DNA of 64,000 nucleotides from Rhodanobacter sp. (GTDB lineage Bacteria; Pseudomonadota; Gammaproteobacteria; Xanthomonadales; Rhodanobacteraceae): the NCBI GenBank assembly GCA_004298045.1, contig SCRM01000022.1, positions 12,267 through 76,266 on the forward strand, given 5' to 3'. The notes beneath the pieces are model-generated. The model had not been told where the DNA came from. It did no database searches and was given only the letters and a program-made list of their open reading frames with translations. Below, piece after piece: positions 54,280 through 64,000 of the stretch; the stretch's first letter is position 1; each line of letters starts with the position of its first letter. The position numbers and the translations under genes were made by a program.

Positions 54280-55274
54280 GCGGTCAGGATCTCCACGCCG
54301 CAACGGAAATGGCGCGTCGCGCCCGGTTCCAGGCGGATGGCGGCGGCCCACTCCGGCCGGTTGAATGCGTCGGCCATGCACTCCATCGGTTCCAGTGCGA
54401 TCGCCCGGCGCGGATCGCGGCTGATGGTGTCGCCGGTGAACGCGTGCATCAGCCCGCGCTCCTGCCACACCGCGATCGCGCGGCCGCCGACCGGGTCGCG
54501 CAGATGCGTGCGGATGCGGCCATCGGCATCGGCGTCCAGCTCGGCATAACCCTGGTCCAGGATGCGGTTGCCGATGACCTGCGCCACGCGAAAATCCAGC
54601 GCCGGCGCATCGTCCGCCGCCACCTGCGCCTGCGCGCCGGCAAGCGGCAGCAAATCCGCGCCGGTGCGGATCAGGCCGTGCGCGGGGATCTGCAGCTCCC
54701 ACTCATCGACCACGCCGTCCGTCACGCGAAAATACGGGTGCCAGCCAAAAAAACACGGCGCGGGTTGCGTGCCAACGTTGCGCATTGCCACGTCCAGCGC
54801 GAGACCACTGGCCTCCAGCGCAAAGCTCACGGCAAGGTCGATTGCATGCGGATACCCCGGCCGCGGGCGGATCGCCTGGGTGGCCAGCGTCACCCGCGCC
54901 CCATCCGCATCGGCCACGAGATCCGTCACCGCAAACAGCGCGTCGCGCACGAAGCCGTGCCGCACGGCGCGCGCTTCGCCGGTCACGCCAGGCGCCAGGT
55001 CGTACGCGGTGCCGTCAAACGTGTAGCGCGCATCCTGGATGCGGCCGCCAAACGGCACCATCACCGCAAAACGCGAGCCCTTGCGCGCGGCAATCTCGGC
55101 GGCGTTGCGGTAACCGTCCGCATAGTCGTGCCAGCCGCCGGCTTCGCGCGCCACCAGGCTGGTCAGCACCGCGCCGAAGCACGCAATCCGCACGCGGCGC
55201 CCCGCCACGGCGTCCTCCAGTTGCACCACGCGCTGGGTGCCGAGCGTGCCTTCAGCCGCTTGAAAACGCGTCAT
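54276..55274 (-). CDS. Aldose 1-epimerase family protein
   Basis: PFGGRI.DARY.F.G, RHGFV, GWHPYF, AIALEPM. Confidence 0.88.
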   Translation of the reverse strand: MTRFQAAEGTLGTQRVVQLEDAVAGRRVRIACFGAVLTSLVAREAGGWHDYADGYRNAAEIAARKGSRFAVMVPFGGRIQDARYTFDGTAYDLAPGVTGEARAVRHGFVRDALFAVTDLVADADGARVTLATQAIRPRPGYPHAIDLAVSFALEASGLALDVAMRNVGTQPAPCFFGWHPYFRVTDGVVDEWELQIPAHGLIRTGADLLPLAGAQAQVAADDAPALDFRVAQVIGNRILDQGYAELDADADGRIRTHLRDPVGGRAIAVWQERGLMHAFTGDTISRDPRRAIALEPMECMADAFNRPEWAAAIRLEPGATRHFRCGVEILTA

Positions 55275-55349
55275 TGCCTGACTCCGTGCAAGGGTCGATA
55301 ACCGCCTGCATGGTAGCCTTTTCCGTCCCCACCCCCCGATGTTGTCGCC

Positions 55350-58001
55350 ATGCCTGCCCGCACTGAAACCGCTCCCCTTCCCGTTCGCCTGGCCGACTAT
55401 CAGCCACCTGCCTGGCACGTCGACCATGCCGATCTCGTGTTCGACCTTGGCATCGACGCAACCGAAGTCACGGCGCGCCTCACGCTGCGTTGCGCCGGCA
55501 CGCCGGCGCAACCGCTGCAACTGGATGGCGAAGGGCTGGAACCGCTCGCCTTCGTGCTTGACGGCGAGCCGCTGCCCGACGACGCTTGGCGCGCCATCGA
55601 CGGCGGCATCGAGATCGACGGCGCGCGCAACGGCAGCGTGCTGGAAACCCGCGTGCGCCTGCATCCCGCAGCCAACACCACGCTGGAAGGCCTGTACCTT
55701 TCCGGCAGTCGCGAAGCCGGGTTCCTGCTGACCCAGTGTGAGGCGCAGGGCTTTCGGCACATCACCTGGTACCCGGACCGCCCGGACGTGCAGGCCACCT
55801 TCACCGTCACCCTGCGCGCCGATCGTGAGCGATTCCCGGTGCTGCTCGCCGGCGGCAACCCCGACGGCGCCGGCGAGCTCGCCGACGGCCGTCACTGGGC
55901 GCGCTTCGTCGACCCGCACCGCAAACCAAGCTATCTCTTTGCGCTGGTTGCCGGGCGGCTGGAAAAGATCGAGCACCCGTACCGCACCGCGGACGGCCAC
56001 GACGTGGCGATCCGCGTCTGGTCGGAAGCCAACGTCATCGACCGCTGTGCGTACGCGATGGACGCGCTGATCCGCGCGATGCGCTGGGACGAGCAGACCT
56101 ACGGCCGCAACTACGACCTCGACGTGTTCAACGTGGTCGCCACCCATGACTTCAACATGGGCGCGATGGAGAACAAGGGCCTCAACATCTTCAACGCCAA
56201 GTGCCTCCTGGCCGATCCGGACACCACCACCGACGACGAGTACCGTCGGGTGGAAGCGGTGATCGCGCACGAATATTTCCACAACTGGAGCGGCAACCGC
56301 GTCACCTGCCGCGACTGGTTCCAACTGTCGCTCAAGGAAGGCTTCACCGTGTTTCGCGAGCAGAGTTTTTCCGCCGACATGAACTCGCGCCCACTCAAGC
56401 GCATCGAGGACGTGTCGCTGCTGCGCCGCGCGCAATTTCCCGAAGATGCCGGCCCGCTCGCCCACCCGGTGCGCCCGGCGCAGTACCGCGAGATCAACAA
56501 CTTCTACACCGCGACGGTGTACGAAAAAGGCGCGGAACTGGTGCGCATGCTGGCCGGCCGTCTCGGCACCGAGGGCTTCCGCCGCGGCACCGACCGCTAC
56601 TTTGCGGACAACGACGGCCGCTCCGCGACAATCGAGGATTTCCTCGCCGCGCTCGGCAGCGCGAACGCCACCGACCTCACGCCCTACCTCGCGTGGTACG
56701 GCCAGTCCGGCACGCCGCACGTCCGGGCGCGCGGCCACTACGACGCCACCGCGCACACCTACACGCTGACCCTCGCGCAGCACACCGCACCGAGCCACGA
56801 CCAGCCGCGCAAGCTGCTGCTTCCGATCCCGGTCAGGCTCGCCCTGTTCGGCCCCGACGGACAAAAGCTCGCCTTGCATCTGGACGGCCAGACGTCTGTC
56901 GCGGGCGATGAAACAGTGATCGTGCTCGACCAGCCCGAGCAGCAATTCGTGTTCCACGCCGTGCCGGCACGGCCGGTGCCCTCGCTATTGCGTGGTTTTT
57001 CCGCCCCGGTGGTACTGGAAAGCGACGCCACCGCGGCGGACATCGCCCTGCTGCTGCGCCACGACAGCGAGGGCTTCAACCGCTGGGAAGCCAGCCAGCA
57101 GCTGGCCGCGCACGCCTTCCGCAACCTGCGCGACCACGCCGGCGAAGCCGCGCTCGATGCCTGGTGCGACACCCTGGCGGCGCTGTTCGACGACGACGCG
57201 CTCGACGCCGCCTTGCTGGCCGACCTGCTCACCCCGCCGGGCGAGGTGGAGCTGGCCGAGCGTGAAACCAGCGTCGACCCGCAGGCGATCCATGTCCTGC
57301 GCGAAACCCTGCTGGCCCGGCTCGCCACCCGTATCGGCGCGGCGCGGCTCGACGCCCGCCACGCGGCACTGGCCGCCCGCGCGAGCGCCGCACTGGATGC
57401 ACCAAGCCAGGCGGCGCGGCGGCTCAAGCAGCGCGTGCTGCAGCTCATTGCCCACCTCGACGCGGCGCATGCCAGCGACCTTGCCCACGCGCAATACCAC
57501 GCCGCACAGGGCATGACCGACCGGCTTGGTGCGTTGGCCGTATTGGCGCGGCATGACGCCGTGCGCGGCGCCGCCACGCTGGCGCATTACCGCGCGCGCT
57601 ACGCGAACGATCCGCTCGCGCTGGACAAGTGGTTCACCCTGCAGGCGCAACTGCCGGGCGAAGGCGCGCTGGCGCGCGTCGCGGCACTCGAGACCGATCC
57701 GGCCTTCACCCTCAAGAACCCCAACCGCGCGCGGGCGCTGCTCGGCGGCTACGCCACCGGCAACCCGACCGGCTTCCACCGCGCCGATGGCGCCGGCTAT
57801 CGCCATTACGCCGATCGGCTGCTTGACCTCGATGCCTTGAACCCGCAGATCGCGGCGCGCCTGGCCACCGCCTTCAACGGCTGGCAGCGGCTGGAGCCGC
57901 GCCGGCGCGAAGCTGCGCGCACCGCACTGGAAACCCTGGCCGCGCACCCCGCGTTGTCGCGCAACCTGGCCGAAATCATCGGCAACGTCCGCAAGGGATA
58001 G
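55350..58001 (+). CDS. pepN: Aminopeptidase N
   Basis: TQCEAQGFR.IT.YPDRPDV, GAMENKGLNIFN, HEYFHNW.GNRVTCRDWFQLSLKEG, YEKGAE, NPNRAR.L. Confidence 0.97.
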   Translation: MPARTETAPLPVRLADYQPPAWHVDHADLVFDLGIDATEVTARLTLRCAGTPAQPLQLDGEGLEPLAFVLDGEPLPDDAWRAIDGGIEIDGARNGSVLETRVRLHPAANTTLEGLYLSGSREAGFLLTQCEAQGFRHITWYPDRPDVQATFTVTLRADRERFPVLLAGGNPDGAGELADGRHWARFVDPHRKPSYLFALVAGRLEKIEHPYRTADGHDVAIRVWSEANVIDRCAYAMDALIRAMRWDEQTYGRNYDLDVFNVVATHDFNMGAMENKGLNIFNAKCLLADPDTTTDDEYRRVEAVIAHEYFHNWSGNRVTCRDWFQLSLKEGFTVFREQSFSADMNSRPLKRIEDVSLLRRAQFPEDAGPLAHPVRPAQYREINNFYTATVYEKGAELVRMLAGRLGTEGFRRGTDRYFADNDGRSATIEDFLAALGSANATDLTPYLAWYGQSGTPHVRARGHYDATAHTYTLTLAQHTAPSHDQPRKLLLPIPVRLALFGPDGQKLALHLDGQTSVAGDETVIVLDQPEQQFVFHAVPARPVPSLLRGFSAPVVLESDATAADIALLLRHDSEGFNRWEASQQLAAHAFRNLRDHAGEAALDAWCDTLAALFDDDALDAALLADLLTPPGEVELAERETSVDPQAIHVLRETLLARLATRIGAARLDARHAALAARASAALDAPSQAARRLKQRVLQLIAHLDAAHASDLAHAQYHAAQGMTDRLGALAVLARHDAVRGAATLAHYRARYANDPLALDKWFTLQAQLPGEGALARVAALETDPAFTLKNPNRARALLGGYATGNPTGFHRADGAGYRHYADRLLDLDALNPQIAARLATAFNGWQRLEPRRREAARTALETLAAHPALSRNLAEIIGNVRKG

Positions 58002-58186
58002 GGGCACGCGATCAACCGGCGTTGAAGCGGGTTGCGTGATGGCCGGCCGGATCCATCCGCTGGAAACCGATGCGGGTGGCGGCCAAAGCGCCACTTGGTC
58101 CCTGCCATCTGTGCCCGTGCATTCGCCGCGACGGCCTTGCGCCGTCGCCGTGTCTCACCGGAGCCGCTGCGCGGCTCCGTTTGGCT

Positions 58187-58372
58187 TCAAGCCGGCAGAC
58201 CCTTCAGCGCGGTGCGCAGACGCACCATGCGCGATTCCAGCCGCGGTTGCAGCGTGGCGCGCTCGTCGTCGGCCCGCACTTTCAGGTTTTCCATCGCCAT
58301 CTCGATGCGGCCGATTTCGATCAACAGATCGTGATGGGGGAAGAACTTGGTGAAGTCGACATTGGTGCTCAT
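58187..58372 (-). CDS. Small hypothetical protein, 61 aa
   Basis: MSTNVDFTKFFPHHDLLIEIGRIEMAMENL...; RBS GGAG 7 nt upstream; amphipathic helical composition. Confidence 0.75.
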   Translation of the reverse strand: MSTNVDFTKFFPHHDLLIEIGRIEMAMENLKVRADDERATLQPRLESRMVRLRTALKGLPA

Positions 58373-58423
58373 GGCTGCTCTCCGGGAAGTCCTGACCGAG
58401 GAAAAGCATGCGGCGTGCCAAGC

Positions 58424-58439
58424 TGTGACTCGCATCACA
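58424..58439. promoter_or_regulatory. CRP/Clp-type binding site
   Basis: TGTGA-CTCGCA-TCACA, a perfect core consensus, 51 bp upstream of the small gene ATG. Confidence 0.7.
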
Positions 58440-58599
58440 TTTGCCGTTTGGGCGCGTCACCAGTGCGGTGACGCCCCGCGTCACCTCGTGTCGCACATTA
58501 ACCAGATCTTCGGTTTCAGTCACCGAAGGTTCACGCGTTTGCGGCAAATATCGGCACACGTTGCGGCAACACATTCGGCCGTCCAAAGGCTTCACGGTT

Positions 58600-58703
58600 T
58601 CTGGCGCCCGGCCATACGGTCATCCTGGATTCCCCCTGTTCCTGAGACCGTCGGGCGCCAGATCTAAACGACAAAACCCCGCTTTCGAGCGGGGTTTTGT
58701 TTG
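58600..58703 (+). ncRNA. Candidate small RNA (long stem with C-rich loop plus terminator)
   Basis: Stem 58600-58610/58652-58662, inner ACGGTC/GACCGT, apical loop TTCCCCCTGT, followed by a strong terminator; no credible ORF. The 5' end is a guess. Confidence 0.45.
58671..58703. terminator. Strong bidirectional Rho-independent terminator
   Basis: acaaaaccccgct-TTCG-agcggggttttgt-ttg. Confidence 0.9.
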
Positions 58704-58713
58704 ATTGGCCGCA

Positions 58714-58744
58714 TAAAAACGGCGGCGCCCCGAAGGACGCCGCC
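58714..58744 (-). terminator. Minus-strand Rho-independent terminator
   Basis: Reverse complement ggcggcgtcc-TTCG-gggcgccgcc-gttttta. Confidence 0.8.
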
Positions 58745-59008
58745 TAGCTTCCCTCCACGGCACGCGATCGAGCCCCTGTCCGCCCGACCCCGACGCGCAT
58801 GCGCGATCGGTGTCCATGAAAGTGCGGGGTTCGAGATGCAATCGACATGCCAATGCCGCCGGCAGGCACTCGCGATACCATGCCGACCGGCAACCCCGTT
58901 GACCCGGCTTCGGCCCGACAATCGCTCGCTTCCCTTGTCGGGATTCATCCCGACAGCACTCGCCCCCTCGAGTCGCCAACGGCCATACCAAGCACCAGAG
59001 ACGCCCCC

Positions 59009-59053
59009 ATGCTTCACCCCACCCCATACGACGTCATCGTCATCGGCAGCGGG
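59009..59053 (+). pseudogene. Duplicated 5' fragment of mnmG (15 codons)
   Basis: 41/45 nt identical to 59213-59257 ([15 protein letters not shown] vs [15 protein letters not shown]); the reading frame then diverges and stops at 59170. Confidence 0.85.
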
Positions 59054-59212
59054 CGAACCGCGACGGCCGCAGGCCGTGCGGACTGCCGGTGGCAGGCCGC
59101 AAGCGGTGAGCGCCCGAGGCAGGATGCCGAGGGCCGGGTGACTCGGCGGGGCCAGGATGGCCGCGCCTAGTCACCGTCGTGGCCGCACACACAACCCAGA
59201 GAAGTCGCACCT

Positions 59213-61087
<1,875 letters not shown>

Positions 61088-61302
61088 GCGACCCTCTCGT
61101 CAGGCAACCGGTAGAGGCGCCGTCCGCGCGACGGAGCCACCCGCGCAACGATCCGTGCAGCAGCCCGCACGGTGGACAACTCGCCACGCCACAGGCGGCT
61201 GGTGCCGTGACGGCACCAACCCTCATCCGTTGCGCTGATCCGCCCTCACCAGGCGCATCGCCAACGCTTCGTGCCGCATTGGGCAGGCATGGCACTCCAG
61301 GC

Positions 61303-61815
61303 TCAACGAGAACCTGCCTGCACCTGCGCAAGCGATACGCCGCCCGTCCCCCGCGATGCCAGTCCCTGGTCGTTCGCACGCCCTGAAACTGGCTGGGGAA
61401 CCAACCGGCACCGTCTGCCGCCATCCCTGACGAAGTGCTTGCAATACACGTCGACGACGGCAAGCGTCCGCTGTCCGCGGTCGGACAGCATAATCTGCCA
61501 AACGTGGCGTTCGCCGGATGAGTTGTCGATGGCCACGTTGACGAACGGCGACTCGGTCATGCCGTGCTTCCGCAAGGCTTCCAACCTCTCCGTCGCGTGT
61601 CGTGCCGCCAGGTACTGCCCGTGCCGGTTGCCGACGCGAACCTTCAAGCCGAATCCCGTGTTCAGATCGACTTGGTAGGTTTCGTACTGGCCGGGTTCCG
61701 CGGTAACGGTGACATGCTGCAAGTTGGCGGTTTGCGACTGATCCTGGGCCATGCCACCACCGCTGATGCAGGCAAGACCGAACGCGAAGGCTGAGGTGAT
61801 GATCGTGCGTTTCAT
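61303..61815 (-). CDS. Hypothetical secreted protein, 170 aa
   Basis: RBS GGAGG; MKRTIITSAFAFGLAC...GMA signal; LQHVTVTA; Cys pair near the C-terminus. Confidence 0.78.
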   Translation of the reverse strand: MKRTIITSAFAFGLACISGGGMAQDQSQTANLQHVTVTAEPGQYETYQVDLNTGFGLKVRVGNRHGQYLAARHATERLEALRKHGMTESPFVNVAIDNSSGERHVWQIMLSDRGQRTLAVVDVYCKHFVRDGGRRCRLVPQPVSGRANDQGLASRGTGGVSLAQVQAGSR

Positions 61816-62147
61816 AGGAACCTCCAAGCAGACTCCCACATCCGTCGCTTGAACCTAGACCGATGTAACGGCGCCTGCTTGAGGGTTCCCTGAGGGATGG
61901 GCGTAGATTCGCTGATGCAACGTCGTGAACCCGCCCGCGAAATATGCAGGCCGGAAACCCCGGGACATCATCCGGGATTCGCAGGCTGCCCGGTTCATCG
62001 GGTGGCGCAAGCCGGACATGCCATCGTCCGGCGCAACGTTGCGGACCGCGACGCTTCCCGGAAAAGCGACCTGGGTCATTCGGGCCCCTCATGCCGCCAC
62101 GCGTCCATGGCATGATGCCGGCAGTCAACCGGGCGAGGAGCGGCACG

Positions 62148-62918
62148 ATGGAAATCTGGATCGGACGCAATGGCGAACGCCATGGCCCCTACAAGGAGGA
62201 AGACATCCGCCAGTGGCTGCGCAGCGGCAAGGTCAGCCGCGACGATCTCGGCTGGCGCGAAGGCCTCGCCGATTGGCAACCGTTGTCGGTGCTGTTTCCC
62301 GATGAAGTGCCGAGCGAACCACCACCCGTCGACAACCCGTACGCGGCACCTGTGGCCCCCGCATCCAGCCTGCCGCAGACCAACGCCGCCGCGCTGGAGG
62401 ATTACGCCGGGTTCTGGAAGCGCCTCGCGGCGTTCATCATCGACACCATCATCCTCAGCATCGCGTTCAAGCTGCTCGGCACCTTCTTCGGCGTCTCCGC
62501 CGCCGAGGAGGCAATGAAGCAGCAGATGCTCGGCGGCATGTCGCTGCTCGAAGCCTACCGCGGGTTCTACCTCAACACCTGGGTGTACTCGACGCTGACC
62601 ACGGCCATCACCTGGCTGTACTTCGCCTCGCTGGAAAGCTCGGCCTGGCAGGCCACCGTCGGCAAGCTCGCGCTCGGCGTGCGCGTGACCGACCTTGCCG
62701 GCCACCGCATCAGCTTTGCGCGCGGGCTGGGCCGCTACGCCGCCAAGTTCCTCAGCTACCTGATCCTGCTGATCGGTTTCCTGATGATCGGCTTCACCGC
62801 GCGCAAGCAGGGCCTGCACGACCTCATCGCCAGCACCCTGGTGCTCAACGGCCGCGCCAGCGAGTTCAAGGACGCGCAGCCGAAGTCGGATGCCGGCAAC
62901 GGGTCGCTCAATGCTTGA
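62148..62918 (+). CDS. GYF_2 (DUF4339) + RDD family membrane protein
   Basis: G.RHGPY....I.....G......L.WREG.A.W; YAGFWKRLAAF.ID, QAT.GK..LG.RV.D, QGLHD.IA.T.V. Confidence 0.92.
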   Translation: MEIWIGRNGERHGPYKEEDIRQWLRSGKVSRDDLGWREGLADWQPLSVLFPDEVPSEPPPVDNPYAAPVAPASSLPQTNAAALEDYAGFWKRLAAFIIDTIILSIAFKLLGTFFGVSAAEEAMKQQMLGGMSLLEAYRGFYLNTWVYSTLTTAITWLYFASLESSAWQATVGKLALGVRVTDLAGHRISFARGLGRYAAKFLSYLILLIGFLMIGFTARKQGLHDLIASTLVLNGRASEFKDAQPKSDAGNGSLNA

Positions 62919-62922
62919 GGGC

Positions 62923-62949
62923 CGGGATTCGGGAATCGAGATTAGGGAA
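62923..62949 (+). repeat. Degenerate GGGATTC/GGGAATC repeat
   Basis: cgggattcgggaatcgagattagggaa just after the RDD stop. Confidence 0.55.
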
Positions 62950-63042
62950 TAGAAAGGCGTGGTGCGGCGTGCAGGCTCCGACATCACATCCACTTTATGG
63001 ATGCGCGACTAGGCTAAGTCACTCCTGCGCATAGCTGTCGCC

Positions 63043-63882
63043 GTGCCTCGAACCGAACCCGACAACGACATCATCTACTGGTTTGACCACATTCTGGTCG
63101 AGCCAGCGGCGCACCGGCTGCAGCGCGACGGGCGGGATGTGCCGGTGGAACCCAAGGCCTACACCGTGTTGCTGACGCTGCTGCACCACGCCGGCGAAAT
63201 GGTCAGCAAAGACACCCTGCTGGACAGCGTATGGGGCCACCACCACGTCAGTACCGGCGTGCTCAATCGGGTGGTCTCGCAACTGCGGCGCGCGTTGGGC
63301 GACTCGCCCGCGCAACCGCGCTACATCGCCACCGTACACAGCCTGGGATACCGCTTTATCGGCGTACTGCAACCGGCGCCGGCGGCCGCGCCTGTCGTCG
63401 ACAACGAACCGGCCGCACCCCCGCCGCCTGTCGTGGCCAGCGCCCCGCCCGCCTTCGACGCACGGGCGCCGTATCGCCGCCGGTTCGCCGACGGCGATAC
63501 GTTTCTGCAGTTCATCGACCTGCAAACCTGCTTGAACCAGCTCGCCAACTGGGCCGCATTGTTGCCGCCGGGCGATACGCTGCGGCAGGCGATTCTCACC
63601 GTGTTGCAGCTGGAGTACGCGCGGCTGCGCGCCGGCGGTGCCGCGCCGGTGACGCTGTTGTATAACGAAGCCGTGTTGGCGGCGCTGGCGGGTGATCGGC
63701 AGACCGCACTGGCCGCGCTCGGCCTGGCGATCGACGAAGGCGCGTGCGACGAGCTGGCACTGCGCCGCGACCTGGCCTGGCGCACGCTGGCGGGCGATCC
63801 GGACTTCTGCCGCCAGCAACGGCGGCTCGGCAACGTGCCAACCATCGCCACCTCGCCGCGCCCCTCACCGCCCGAACTGTAA
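63043..63882 (+). CDS. CadC/ToxR-type winged-helix transcriptional regulator with short C-terminal TPR-like region
   Basis: V.VEPKAY.VL..L....GE.VSKD.LLD.VWG...VS..VL.RVVSQLRRALGD....PRYIATV...GYRF; C-terminal YN.A..AAL.GD...AL..L..AI..G. Confidence 0.85.
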   Translation: MPRTEPDNDIIYWFDHILVEPAAHRLQRDGRDVPVEPKAYTVLLTLLHHAGEMVSKDTLLDSVWGHHHVSTGVLNRVVSQLRRALGDSPAQPRYIATVHSLGYRFIGVLQPAPAAAPVVDNEPAAPPPPVVASAPPAFDARAPYRRRFADGDTFLQFIDLQTCLNQLANWAALLPPGDTLRQAILTVLQLEYARLRAGGAAPVTLLYNEAVLAALAGDRQTALAALGLAIDEGACDELALRRDLAWRTLAGDPDFCRQQRRLGNVPTIATSPRPSPPEL

Positions 63883-64000
63883 CGACCACGCCGCGGGCGG
63901 ACGACAGCCGTCGTCCTTCCGCGGCGTGCAGGATGCCCGTTTCAGTGCGCCGGCATGGCCTGGATTTGCGCCAGTGGCACCGATCCTTTCGGCAGGTTCG

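Noticed and set aside
54276-56957. 893-aa ORF as a single protein
   Set aside because: Only the last 332 aa (from 55274) are the aldose epimerase; the rest is antisense to pepN.
58543-58566. Sigma-54 promoter (GGCAC...TTGC) before the candidate sRNA
   Set aside because: The GG-to-GC spacing is 8 nt rather than the required 10.
59009-59170. 53-aa ORF as a real protein
   Set aside because: After the 15 mnmG-derived codons the sequence has no coding signal; it is treated as a scar.

Overview
This is a high-GC gammaproteobacterial chromosome segment. Gene content and repeat types point to Xanthomonadales, probably Rhodanobacteraceae (inference). Bases 1-10170 are the end of a genomic island abutting the 3' end of an elongator tRNA-Met gene. 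The island carries a tightly coupled DISARM-class-I-like operon: a 1753-aa DEAD/DEAH helicase fused to a DUF1998-type Zn domain, an SNF2 helicase, and an N6-adenine methyltransferase that runs off the window and is absent from the ORF track. Core genes follow: rppH, bfd-bfr under a Fur box, M48 protease-lemA, erpA-nudC-ampE-like, an MFS-acyltransferase, zapE, a GAF-EAL protein, gpmA and hemF. Next is a four-gene fragment of a xanthomonadin/aryl-polyene-type pigment pathway (GT2, LpxL-like acyltransferase, ACP, chorismatase). A ~20 kb alpha-glucan utilisation locus follows, with three palindromic LacI-type operators, a TonB-dependent receptor, three GH13 enzymes (one strikingly like Thermoactinomyces TVA I), a GH31, a six-hairpin glycosidase, an MFS and a LacI regulator. 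After it come an uncharacterised secreted-protein plus outer-membrane-barrel pair, tag, EamA, a desaturase, a dehydratase, an epimerase and pepN. The pepN-mnmG interval is unusually rich: a 61-aa gene with a perfect CRP/Clp box, a candidate C-rich-loop sRNA, two back-to-back terminators and a duplicated 5' end of mnmG. REP-like and G-quadruplex-type repeats lie between genes. No CRISPR array, rRNA or transposase was seen. Start codons were re-picked by eye from RBS and N-terminal context, and no database searches were run.
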